From IMG/VR virus record IMGVR_UViG_3300036987_000310, positions 1-64,000 of that record: 64,000 nucleotides of DNA. One strand, 5' to 3'. Made by a program: the position numbers and the translations under genes. Shown here in pieces: positions 1 to 8,867 of this stretch (position 1 is the stretch's first letter; each line of letters opens with the position of its first letter). Origin of the DNA: a virus (lineage: Duplodnaviria; Caudoviricetes). The notes below the pieces were generated by a model. The model ran no database searches. It was given only the letters and a program-made list of their open reading frames with translations, and had not been told where the DNA came from.

Positions 1-1
1 G

Positions 2-130
2 TCCAAGGAGGGAAAGGTCATTGTTATGGGAGTTCATCAAGACCTTTTCCAATTTGTTGCAGACGCGCGAAACTGGGTGAGAAAATTGAAATTCCTGGGT
101 CGATCAGCTCCTGAAAAGAAGTCCTCTTAG
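2..130 (+). CDS. 3' end of a hypothetical protein entering from the left edge (…SKEGKVIVMGVHQDLFQFVADARNWVRKLKFLGRSAPEKKSS*)
   Basis: Frame 2 is open from the window start to TAG at 128-130, just before the RBS of the next gene. Not in the ORF track. Confidence 0.4.
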   Translation, partial: SKEGKVIVMGVHQDLFQFVADARNWVRKLKFLGRSAPEKKSS

Positions 131-157
131 CTCGTACAGTGAGTGCAGGAGGCTAAT

Positions 158-559
158 ATGCCTACATATGAATTCATGTGTGAAGTGTGTGAAGTGGTGT
201 TTGAAGAAGTCTTCATTGACCCTGAGGAAGCAAAGCAGTATCAGCATGCTCACCCATGCTCTCAATGTGACGGCATAGCCAAGCGCATAATGTCGTCCAC
301 AAATTTCCAATTTAAAGGAACATCTGGGAGCTCCGGATCTCACGATTTGGATTATCCAACTTTGGACAAAGCTGTTGGAAGGTCTGCTGCTCAAAAATGG
401 AAAGATTTCCATGAAGGCAAAGAAAAACGCGACAAGGTAAGGCGCGAAGTTGGGCAACATGCTGTCACTCAAATTGGTGACCACGTGTCCCCGACCTCTC
501 CGGAAAAGCTTAAACTTAGAGAGCATGCCATAAACGCATTCAATTCGGCAAAAAGATAA
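158..559 (+). CDS. FmdB-family (CxxC_CxxC_SSSS-like) zinc-ribbon protein
   Basis: MPTYEFMCEVC…HPCSQC…KRIMSS..FQFKG is the typical FmdB-type Zn-ribbon signature. ATG 158 is preceded by AGGAGG (148-153), so it is preferred over the track start at 143. Confidence 0.85.
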   Translation: MPTYEFMCEVCEVVFEEVFIDPEEAKQYQHAHPCSQCDGIAKRIMSSTNFQFKGTSGSSGSHDLDYPTLDKAVGRSAAQKWKDFHEGKEKRDKVRREVGQHAVTQIGDHVSPTSPEKLKLREHAINAFNSAKR

Positions 560-704
560 CCCGAGTCAAATAAATAAGCTCCCTATGGTGGTCGCTCATT
601 GAAGCCCAATATACTGAATATCAATACTGATACATAAATAGCTCCTTTTTGAATACGAAGATACGCAAAGAAATACAGACCACCGCTCGAGAACAGGAGC
701 AATC

Positions 705-3700
705 ATGGGCATTGGACCGTTCACCACATACGCGCCCCCTGGCGTTTACACCCGAACCACTGCAGAACCGGCCGTCGGCCAACTTCTTGGCGGTTTGCGC
801 GTCCCAGTCCTCGTCGGAACCGGGAAAGAGACACTTTCTCAAACCGATTTTGAGATTATCCGCGGATCGAGCAGCGTTGCCGACACCCCGATTTTCGGAG
901 AAGACGCTGCCGGAAGGTGGGTGACGGGCGGGACCAATAGCAATCCAGCCATCGGGCCCCAGGACGGATCATATACCAGGTTTAGGGTTCGCAACTACCC
1001 TGTTGTGGATGGCAATGGCACCGGAAAGGTGACGTACGATCCATCCAAGATTTCAGTGACCGTTAATGGCCAACAAGTCGTTGTTTCTCAGCTTGATGGA
1101 CAAAACGGCATTGTTTCTTTGCTGCTCCCGACCGAGCTGACGGACAATGTGTCCGTCAGCTATTATTTCCATCGAAAAGACACACGCGTTACTGACAATG
1201 TGTCTGGTCAGGTGACGGACGGGTCTGCAGTTCTTATCGCTCCTCAAGCTGAGACATACGACATCACTACGGGAACAAACGATGTTCTCTATCTGATTTT
1301 GGACGATACGACTCCAGTCAGCGTCACCTTGGCTGGTGGAATGCGGACTGCTGCAGAAGTGGCGAACGACATCACTGCGGCGGCTGTCTCTGGCTTGTCT
1401 GCGTCTGTTTACATTGACGCTCAAGGCCTCAGCCACGTTCAGTTGGTTGCTTTGGGCAACATTCTCATTTCGACTGACAGCCCGAACGCTGCTTCTGCTC
1501 TCGGGTTCAACCCCGGGGATTACACGGGGCGCAGCTCTGTGTTTCGCGTTTTTAACGGTCCCATTGTCGACGGGCTTGACGGCGGCATCACCACGACGGA
1601 CACCTCAAAGGTCGTGGTGATGGTGAACGGTGTCCAGGTTATCGCTAGCGCAGTTGATGGAGCCAACCGGTTGGTCACGCTTCCATTTGCTCCGAAAGCC
1701 GGGTCCATCGTCACAATTCAGTACTACTTCAACACGTTCCAGGATACGTTTGACTACCTTCCGAACAGCAACGTTGTCACAGTCGGAAACGTCGGCATCG
1801 CTCCCGGAAGGCGCGACTATGTCAACGGAACTGATTTCATCGTTGTCAATGATCGCGATCAGTCCATTATTCAATGGGGGACGGCGATCCAGGTTGCTAG
1901 TGGTCAAAAGACTGGAAATATCTCATTTGACGGAACGCAGGTGTATGGCCTTCTGGTGGACAATAGGATGTACGGCGCGGAGTGTGAACGGTACACCGAT
2001 TCGGTGACGAACACTGTTTCCACCACCAAGTTTGTCATGCCTTTGACGCCGACGACCGGTAACGGCCGTGACACGCCTCTCGGAACGTCGTTATATCAAA
2101 CCGTCACGAACGGCCGCATTGACTTGCCGACAGACAGGCCTGACCTTGTTACCGTATATATCGGCAAGACTTTCCGGGACGCTTTCTCTCGTCCCGCTGT
2201 TCCTGTCATGGCGGTTGAATCGTCTACTGGAACACTCACTCTCAAGAACCCCGTTCCCGCCGATTATAAGGCGTATGCAACGTTTTGGTATAACACAATC
2301 GTTGACGAGCAGTATACGCTTAAGTGCACTGCTTCCGGCCCTAGCGGAATCGGGAAGTTCACCGTCACGGCTGATTCTAGCGGTCAGCCGATGTTCCAAG
2401 TTCGATTTGGCTCCAAGACGAGTCTGCCTCAGACCGTTCAGTGGCCGTCTGGCGTCGAACGTTTGCCGGATGCGATTCACTATGGCGGAGCTCCAGTTTC
2501 CGAGACCATCACGGTGACGTTTGACAACTCGCTTTTGCCAGCCACCCATGCTTCGTTCTCGAACGCCAGCCCGGGTCCATATGACATATACACGTACTCC
2601 CGCATGTTTGGGAACGTGATTGTCGACGGCACTCCGGTTTCAGTCGATCTTAGCACCGCGTTTGAAGCGCAACTTTTGAGCGATCCGATTGACAACCCCG
2701 CTGCTTTGGTGTTTGCAGCGACCGATTATCTCGCTCTCCGCATCGATGGGGTTGACCTGGATCCAGTTCCGCTGACTGGTTTGACCACCCTCACGGCGGT
2801 GGCTGCGGCAGTCAATGCTTTTGTTGACACCGATGTCCAAACGCACAGCGATGGGTCGGGCACCTTCGCCGATTCAAGCGGTCTTGACACGATCATTGAC
2901 CTTGCCAATGACGTGCGCACGCAATACATCGCGCACTTGGCGGCCGGCACCTGGCACCTTTTGGCTGACTCGACGAACACGATCTTGTCTCCGGCTGCAA
3001 CGAATTGGACTTCTGTTGTAACGTTGCTGAACGAGCTTCGTACCAAGTATACCGGCCACTTGGCAGCCGGTACCTGGCACGGGTCGGGTGACGCAACCAA
3101 TGTTCTGACAGCACTTGCTGTCACGACAGGCAACCCCACAACTGCCAGCATCGCTTTGGCGTTGGCTTTGGTCAACGATCTGCGCACTCAGTATGAAGCA
3201 CATCGCATTGATACCTCGGGTGGACTGGGTACGGAGATCCATAGTGGAGCGGGTGACGCAACCAACGTTGTTACAGTCCTCGCGGCCACCTTCTCGAGCC
3301 TTGGTCTCGCGGTTCCCGTTACTTACGGAACGCAGGCGCTTTTGCTCGTGGCTGGTCGAAACCTGAAGACTCAGACGAACAGCCTGGTGTCGAATGTGAC
3401 TGTTCTCACTCCGACTGGAGTCGGCCAAGTCGACGCTTCTGCAAAGCTTGGCCTGGTTCCCGGAAAAACCGCAAACGGATCGTGGAACGCGATCAACCAG
3501 CCGGCCACTTTGGTTGGAACGATTTCAGAGCCTTTCACTGTTTCTGCAGGCGTTAACGACGGCTTCCTGTTTGGAATCGATGGGGTCAGTTACACGGCAA
3601 CCATCCCCTCCGGGTCGGCCGTGTCGCTTGAGGCTGTCGTCAATTACGTCAATGCATGGTATGCGGGGTCTGCCCCGGCAGTGGACCAAGCAACTTTGTT

Positions 3701-5801
3701 GGCTGACGCCGTCGTGCTGTTGAATAGCCTCAAGACAAAGTACGACACCCACATCCCGAACATTACATATCACCCTGTCGCAGATGCTGCTCACGGCACC
3801 ACTGCTCCGGCAGCAACCAATTTGGCAACGGCCATCACCCTAGCAAACAATATCAAAACACTGTATGCGCTGCACATTGCTAACAGCCCTGGCGCATACC
3901 ACACTGTTGCCGATAGCGTGAATGTAGTCACCGCTCCAGACGCCACGAATCTTCGAAGCCTACTTATCTTGGCGTATGAGCTTAAGACCAAGTACAACAC
4001 GCACATCGTCAGCACTGTTTACCACATCGGCGGCGGAGACGTTGTCAACGGCGAGACGAACTCCATCTCGGAATTGGTCGCCAAGTCTGGGCTCGGCGCA
4101 AACGCTGGGGTGCTCACACTATTCTCCAAGACGAATGACGTCACTTCTTCCGTCACTGTCGGAACTGGAACGGCGAACGCAAAGCTCGGGTTTACAAACA
4201 ACTCGTCGGCTTCGCGACATCAACCGACTCCCGCCGACATCGCTGGGGCTTTGAACGCCAACGCGTCGTTCATCGCCCTTGCTGCGGCGTGGTCGATCAC
4301 GGCTGCTGGTCTTGGATCTTTCTTGCTGATCAATTCCTTGACTGCAGGATTGACATCCACTTTGTCTTTCAGCGGCGCAGCCAATACAGCGTTCGTTGAC
4401 GACACCAACCTTGGGATCTTTCCCGGGACGAGCGGAGACATCGGGGAAGCAGCGAAGAGTGGATACACCGTCACTTCGTCCGCGGGGGCTTCTGGCTCTT
4501 CCGGAACAGGCATTCCCGGACAGACATACACCGACGCTGTCACTGGTTTGCGATTCACCATCCTGCCACTCTCAGTCGGAGACTACTCCAGCGGCGGCAG
4601 TTTCACCATGCTGATTGACTCCACGTTCACTTGCGATGCCAACCTTCCCTGGAAGGCCATCCCGGGTGCGGAAACAACCGTGTTCAACACGACGAACGTG
4701 GGAACTGACAGCACGGCAATCTTGTCGACATATAGCAGAAGCGGCACAGAGCCTCAAATCGGCGATGTGTACTATGTGTCGTATGACTACGCAAAGACGG
4801 ATTTGACTACGGGTCTTTATCGAGACCTCAAGAAGATTCAGTCGAACTTTGGTCTTCCGACTCCAAGTAACCCGCTCTCGCTTGGAGCCCGCTTGGCCAT
4901 GCTCAACGGCTCAGTTCTCGTCGGTTTGAAGCAGGTTGTTCGCGCCACAAACTCTTCACAGGCTTCCGTGGCTGCTTACACTGAGGCCATTGACGAGCAG
5001 CGGAAACCGATTACCGGAAACGTGAAGCCTGACGTCATCACGCCTCTTGTGACTGATCCTCAGGTGTTTGCATTCCTGAACCAGCACTGCGTGTTCATGA
5101 GCGCGCCGCGTCAAGAAGGCGAACGCATCGGCGTCGTTGGTCCTGCCGCAGGAACTTCTTCGCTTGGCGTCCAGTCGATCTCCAAGGCTTTGCTATCAGA
5201 AATGATGGTTGTGGCCTACCCCGACGTTTACGTCATTTCGATTGTGGATGAGCAGGGGAACTCGATCGATCAAGTCGTGGATGGGTCGTTCATGGCAGCC
5301 GCGCTCGCAGGAGCAAGCTGCAATCCGTCTGTTGACGTTGCAACCCCATGGACGCGCCGCAACATCCAGGGCTTCAAGCGGATCGGGCGTGTTCTAGATC
5401 CGACGGAAGCCAACCAGATCGCTGTTGCTGGCGTGACGGTCATGGAACAGGTGGACACCGGGATCCGCGTTCGCCACGGTCTTACGACTCGCATGGACAC
5501 GGTTATCACCAGGACTCCGTCTGTCACTCTCATCATCCACCACGTTCAGCAGTCGATGAGGGAAGTTCTGGATCCGTTCATCGGGCAGAAGTTCTCTTCT
5601 TCTTTGCTCAAGTCTGCTGAAGGCGTCGTGACCGGTTTGTTTGGAAACATGATTTCCCAACAAATTGTCGCCAATGTTGCCGGAATTTCGGCCACAGTTG
5701 ATGAGAACGATCCCACCATCATGAGGACCGAATCAATTTACGTCCCGGTCTTCCCCCTTGAGTATATCCTCTCGAGTCTACAAATTCGTATACGCAGTTG
5801 A
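705..5801 (+). CDS. Contractile tail sheath protein, very large (1698 aa) with inserted accessory domains
   Basis: N-terminal YAPPGVYTRT (sheath PGVY motif). C-terminal sheath-like domain (DGSFMAAALAG…EANQIAVAGVTVMEQ…IRVRHGLTT…LDPFIGQK…VPVFPLEYI). RBS AGGAG at 695-699. Upstream of tube and tape measure. Confidence 0.92.
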   Translation: MGIGPFTTYAPPGVYTRTTAEPAVGQLLGGLRVPVLVGTGKETLSQTDFEIIRGSSSVADTPIFGEDAAGRWVTGGTNSNPAIGPQDGSYTRFRVRNYPVVDGNGTGKVTYDPSKISVTVNGQQVVVSQLDGQNGIVSLLLPTELTDNVSVSYYFHRKDTRVTDNVSGQVTDGSAVLIAPQAETYDITTGTNDVLYLILDDTTPVSVTLAGGMRTAAEVANDITAAAVSGLSASVYIDAQGLSHVQLVALGNILISTDSPNAASALGFNPGDYTGRSSVFRVFNGPIVDGLDGGITTTDTSKVVVMVNGVQVIASAVDGANRLVTLPFAPKAGSIVTIQYYFNTFQDTFDYLPNSNVVTVGNVGIAPGRRDYVNGTDFIVVNDRDQSIIQWGTAIQVASGQKTGNISFDGTQVYGLLVDNRMYGAECERYTDSVTNTVSTTKFVMPLTPTTGNGRDTPLGTSLYQTVTNGRIDLPTDRPDLVTVYIGKTFRDAFSRPAVPVMAVESSTGTLTLKNPVPADYKAYATFWYNTIVDEQYTLKCTASGPSGIGKFTVTADSSGQPMFQVRFGSKTSLPQTVQWPSGVERLPDAIHYGGAPVSETITVTFDNSLLPATHASFSNASPGPYDIYTYSRMFGNVIVDGTPVSVDLSTAFEAQLLSDPIDNPAALVFAATDYLALRIDGVDLDPVPLTGLTTLTAVAAAVNAFVDTDVQTHSDGSGTFADSSGLDTIIDLANDVRTQYIAHLAAGTWHLLADSTNTILSPAATNWTSVVTLLNELRTKYTGHLAAGTWHGSGDATNVLTALAVTTGNPTTASIALALALVNDLRTQYEAHRIDTSGGLGTEIHSGAGDATNVVTVLAATFSSLGLAVPVTYGTQALLLVAGRNLKTQTNSLVSNVTVLTPTGVGQVDASAKLGLVPGKTANGSWNAINQPATLVGTISEPFTVSAGVNDGFLFGIDGVSYTATIPSGSAVSLEAVVNYVNAWYAGSAPAVDQATLLADAVVLLNSLKTKYDTHIPNITYHPVADAAHGTTAPAATNLATAITLANNIKTLYALHIANSPGAYHTVADSVNVVTAPDATNLRSLLILAYELKTKYNTHIVSTVYHIGGGDVVNGETNSISELVAKSGLGANAGVLTLFSKTNDVTSSVTVGTGTANAKLGFTNNSSASRHQPTPADIAGALNANASFIALAAAWSITAAGLGSFLLINSLTAGLTSTLSFSGAANTAFVDDTNLGIFPGTSGDIGEAAKSGYTVTSSAGASGSSGTGIPGQTYTDAVTGLRFTILPLSVGDYSSGGSFTMLIDSTFTCDANLPWKAIPGAETTVFNTTNVGTDSTAILSTYSRSGTEPQIGDVYYVSYDYAKTDLTTGLYRDLKKIQSNFGLPTPSNPLSLGARLAMLNGSVLVGLKQVVRATNSSQASVAAYTEAIDEQRKPITGNVKPDVITPLVTDPQVFAFLNQHCVFMSAPRQEGERIGVVGPAAGTSSLGVQSISKALLSEMMVVAYPDVYVISIVDEQGNSIDQVVDGSFMAAALAGASCNPSVDVATPWTRRNIQGFKRIGRVLDPTEANQIAVAGVTVMEQVDTGIRVRHGLTTRMDTVITRTPSVTLIIHHVQQSMREVLDPFIGQKFSSSLLKSAEGVVTGLFGNMISQQIVANVAGISATVDENDPTIMRTESIYVPVFPLEYILSSLQIRIRS

Positions 5802-5810
5802 TGGAACGAG

Positions 5811-5855
5811 GATTGGTTTGGTAGAGTTGGTTTATGAGCTCTACCAAACCAGTTC
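5811..5855 (+). promoter_or_regulatory. RNA hairpin enclosing the ATG of the GIY-YIG relic
   Basis: Arms TGGTTTGGTAGAGTT (5814-5828) and AGCTCTACCAAACCA (5837-5851) pair over 15 bp with one G-U. ATG 5834 sits in the loop. Confidence 0.7.
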
Positions 5856-5899
5856 GTTACACGGTCTATTCACACTCATATTAAATCTGGACGCCACAG
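5834..5899 (+). pseudogene. Relic of a GIY-YIG homing endonuclease gene (5' ~22 codons, 2-nt deletion)
   Basis: atgagctctaccaaaccagttcgttacacggtctatt..cacactcatattaaatctggacgc aligns codon by codon with the start of 18046 and 58467 (MSSTKPVRYTVY[C]HTHIKSGR). It is frameshifted after Tyr12 and ends where the stop of the opposite-strand ORF 5900..6217 begins. Confidence 0.75.
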
Positions 5900-6217
5900 C
5901 TAATTCAAATACTTGGGCATCAGAGCTCGTACCAAGTTTGCCGCAACTTTTCGTTGATCTTCGGTGCCGAACGGAATTTCTTCTGAAATTCCTGCTTTTG
6001 GCGATTTCACAAACACCAAAAATTGGCCTTCATCATTTCTCGTGATTTGAATGGCAGTTGGGAATTTGACCATCCCTGTGTCAACCTCCCCTGCTCCAGC
6101 ATATATGCAGTGGTCAATCTGCCGTTCAATTACATCGAACGGCAGATTTTCAACAAACTCTCGCACGTCTGAGAGCATCTTCATTCGGTACATTTTTGCT
6201 ACAATTTTAGGGGTCAT
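5900..6217 (-). CDS. Hypothetical protein (105 aa)
   Basis: ATG start, plausible protein composition, third gene of a compact - strand cluster. Confidence 0.7.
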   Translation of the reverse strand: MTPKIVAKMYRMKMLSDVREFVENLPFDVIERQIDHCIYAGAGEVDTGMVKFPTAIQITRNDEGQFLVFVKSPKAGISEEIPFGTEDQRKVAANLVRALMPKYLN

Positions 6218-6254
6218 GTTACCATATACTCTAGAATTTTCCGAATTTGCGTTG

Positions 6255-6476
6255 TCATCTCCACTTGAGCTTCGTCATCGTTTCCGCAAGCTCTGGGTGT
6301 GGGTCGGACCCCCCATTCAAAACCATTGTAACATATCTGGAGCATGCTTTTTCGGCTAGTTCTTTAGAGTCGAACGGACCTAGTGAACTGCTCCACATTT
6401 CGTCAGAGAAATACCACCCATTATTCTCTTCGAAAATTGGGTTTCCAGTTTTCAATGCTTCTTCAAAACTCATCAC
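6255..6476 (-). CDS. Small phage hypothetical protein (GWYFSDEMW…GPFDSKELAEKA type)
   Basis: The GWYF.DE.W....GP(F/Y)D..E.A motif resembles a recurrent small phage ORF type. ATGA overlap with the upstream ORF stop at 6473-6476. Confidence 0.75.
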   Translation of the reverse strand: MMSFEEALKTGNPIFEENNGWYFSDEMWSSSLGPFDSKELAEKACSRYVTMVLNGGSDPHPELAETMTKLKWR

Positions 6477-6763
6477 CCCTCCATGATTTCAGTTATTCTT
6501 AAAAGTTCAATCATCCTGTCTGCGTGTTTTCTTTGTTCCTCATAACCTTTGAGGAGATTCCTTCTGACGTCCTCTGGAAGTATTTCAACAACGTTGTATC
6601 CGTAGTGGTAACGTTCACATTCCGATAGTTTCAGCCACTCCGGAACCATTTCTTGGGCAGTGTCTTTTAGCTCGTCTTCTGACGGAATTGTGTCGTACCA
6701 GACATGGCGCAGATTGTCTTTGTCGGACGATCTTGTCCCGCTATAGAAAGCAATCCATGGCAT
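6473..6763 (-). CDS. Hypothetical protein (96 aa)
   Basis: ATG start, coupled to the next gene by a 4-nt overlap, divergent from the AAA gene. Confidence 0.7.
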   Translation of the reverse strand: MPWIAFYSGTRSSDKDNLRHVWYDTIPSEDELKDTAQEMVPEWLKLSECERYHYGYNVVEILPEDVRRNLLKGYEEQRKHADRMIELLRITEIMEG

Positions 6764-6809
6764 GACGTTGTTTTACACTGGCATAAGCCTCTTTTGTTGA
6801 AAGTTACAT

Positions 6810-8264
6810 ATGGGTTCTATGAACAGAATTTCGGCATATTTGCAATCTCTACCCACTAAAGATTACAGTATACCGAATCAGATTGCTGGAGCCATAAACT
6901 ATTTCCTAGACAGCTTTTTCAGCAAGCAGGCTGAGCTGATGGCTCAAGGCGTGGATGATTCTCCTGCTGACCCGAAGACGCATGTTAAAGAAACGTGGAT
7001 AGGATGTGAAATCCATAAGGCCGTGTCGTTAAACCGAACGTATCCGTTTTTTGCGAAAGCCAAAAATGCGTGGGCTTTCGCAAAAATGTTTGAAGGCGAT
7101 CGGTATGACATTGTTCCGTTTTTGGACACATATAAATGGAAAGATGCCGTAAAAGGCTCGTACGAGTATCGGGTTCAGCAGGAATCCATCCAAGTAAGCC
7201 AAACTTCTTCTGTCACGCTTCCGGTTTACGGAACATTCTTTGTGACCGATGAGGTCGGAACAAGAATGATCGTCCACGTGGATTTCGGGTATGAATCAAA
7301 TGTTTGCGTAGTCACTGTCATGACTTCTCCGGACGCAAAATTGTCAGCTGAAAAGTTTTTGAGCAATCTTGACATGAGCGTCGAGGAAAACGACATATAC
7401 TACAAACAGTGCCTGACATTTTTGCGCGGGTTTCTCGGGTTCACTTCAGTTCGCGATACTGGATGGGACGACATCGTTCTCAAGCAAGACATCATCCAAG
7501 AAATTCGCGACAACTCCATAGGCGTGATTGAAAATATGGACAAACTTTCGGCCATAGGGATGGTCCCCAGCCGAAACATCATTCTAATTTCTCCTCCCGG
7601 GATGGCGAAAACAACGATTTTCAGAGCAGTATCCCATGAGGTCGAACAAGCTACGCGCATTTGGTGCACTGGAAAATCGGTTCAGGATGCATCAGACGTG
7701 ACGTCGCTGTTTGAAGCGGCGCGTTCCCTGGCCCCATGCATAGTTTTCATTGAGGACATGGACCTGTTCGGGAGAAGCCGAGGACAACTCTCTGGGTACG
7801 AAAGTCACGTGCTGAACGAGTTTTTGGCTTGTCTTGATGGCATGCATCAAAATTCCGGAATCATCATCATGGCGTCGACAAACGACATTCAGTCAATGGA
7901 CGAAGCGCTTGTCGACAGACCCGGAAGGTTTGACGTCAAAATTGAAATCCCCCACCCGGACGAGCTTGACCGAAGCAAGATGCTTTCCTTGTTCCTTTTG
8001 CGCGTGAATGCCAGGCCGGACTCGTCGGTGACGAAAGACACGTTGAAAACCGTTGTCGACATGACTGATGGGCTGACTGGGGCTTATATTAAAGAGCTTG
8101 CCAACGCCACCGTGATTCGCGCAGTCGCTCGAGGAAACTTTGTCAAAGACGGAGTTTTGTTCAGTGCTGACGATTTGAATGCTTCTGCTGAACAAGTGGT
8201 TCGAAACTACAAAATCGGAAAAACTGCACGCAAAAAGATGCAGGCTGAGATTGTGGTTTCCTAA
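6810..8264 (+). CDS. AAA+ ATPase (classic AAA clade, FtsH/CDC48-like module) with variant Walker A
   Basis: Walker A SPPGMAKTT, Walker B CIVFIEDMD, second region of homology MASTN…MDEALVDRPGRFD, lid motif TDGLTGAYIKEL. Confidence 0.93.
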   Translation: MGSMNRISAYLQSLPTKDYSIPNQIAGAINYFLDSFFSKQAELMAQGVDDSPADPKTHVKETWIGCEIHKAVSLNRTYPFFAKAKNAWAFAKMFEGDRYDIVPFLDTYKWKDAVKGSYEYRVQQESIQVSQTSSVTLPVYGTFFVTDEVGTRMIVHVDFGYESNVCVVTVMTSPDAKLSAEKFLSNLDMSVEENDIYYKQCLTFLRGFLGFTSVRDTGWDDIVLKQDIIQEIRDNSIGVIENMDKLSAIGMVPSRNIILISPPGMAKTTIFRAVSHEVEQATRIWCTGKSVQDASDVTSLFEAARSLAPCIVFIEDMDLFGRSRGQLSGYESHVLNEFLACLDGMHQNSGIIIMASTNDIQSMDEALVDRPGRFDVKIEIPHPDELDRSKMLSLFLLRVNARPDSSVTKDTLKTVVDMTDGLTGAYIKELANATVIRAVARGNFVKDGVLFSADDLNASAEQVVRNYKIGKTARKKMQAEIVVS

Positions 8265-8304
8265 TTTTCAAAGCCTTATGACTCAATAACTCAGAGGTCT
8301 GTTC

Positions 8305-8835
8305 ATGAACGAAAACCTGATTCAAAAACTCGCAGAATCCGTCAATCGGTTGGCCGCTACCAACCCGACCAACCCCGTCGTTGGCAACCGCGTCAACGAG
8401 GTTTTCGCTTTGGCAAAGCAAATGCGCACTGCGTTGGAGCCGGTTGATGATCGTTCTGTGGCCCCAGCGCAGAGTGAATTTGTTGTTGACAACCCGCCCG
8501 TTGACGCAGTTGTTGAACAAATCGACCAGATGAGAGCTTCGGCAGTTCGCCCAGCAACAAACTACGGTCGCATGGTGGCTATTCTTGACGGGCTCCGTCA
8601 TGCTGCGCTTTTGGCCCAACGACCGCAAAACGCGGCCATGCGTCCTCACATTTCAGCAATCGTAAACAAGGTTGCTGGAGTGTTCAAGGACGTCGACACT
8701 GTGCAAGATCTTGATAAGCCTCTTGAGCAAATTGAGAAGGCAGTTCATTCTTTGTATGGCGACCAGTCCAAAAATTCGACTTATTACTTCGGACGTCGAG
8801 GCAAGGGCGGACACTCGGTCGGCGAATCTGAGTGA
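8305..8835 (+). CDS. Hypothetical protein (176 aa, mostly helical)
   Basis: Clean ORF in the operon, ATG start. Confidence 0.75.
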   Translation: MNENLIQKLAESVNRLAATNPTNPVVGNRVNEVFALAKQMRTALEPVDDRSVAPAQSEFVVDNPPVDAVVEQIDQMRASAVRPATNYGRMVAILDGLRHAALLAQRPQNAAMRPHISAIVNKVAGVFKDVDTVQDLDKPLEQIEKAVHSLYGDQSKNSTYYFGRRGKGGHSVGESE

Positions 8836-8867
8836 GCACGCTCAGCTTTTTCTGCGGCATCTGATGG

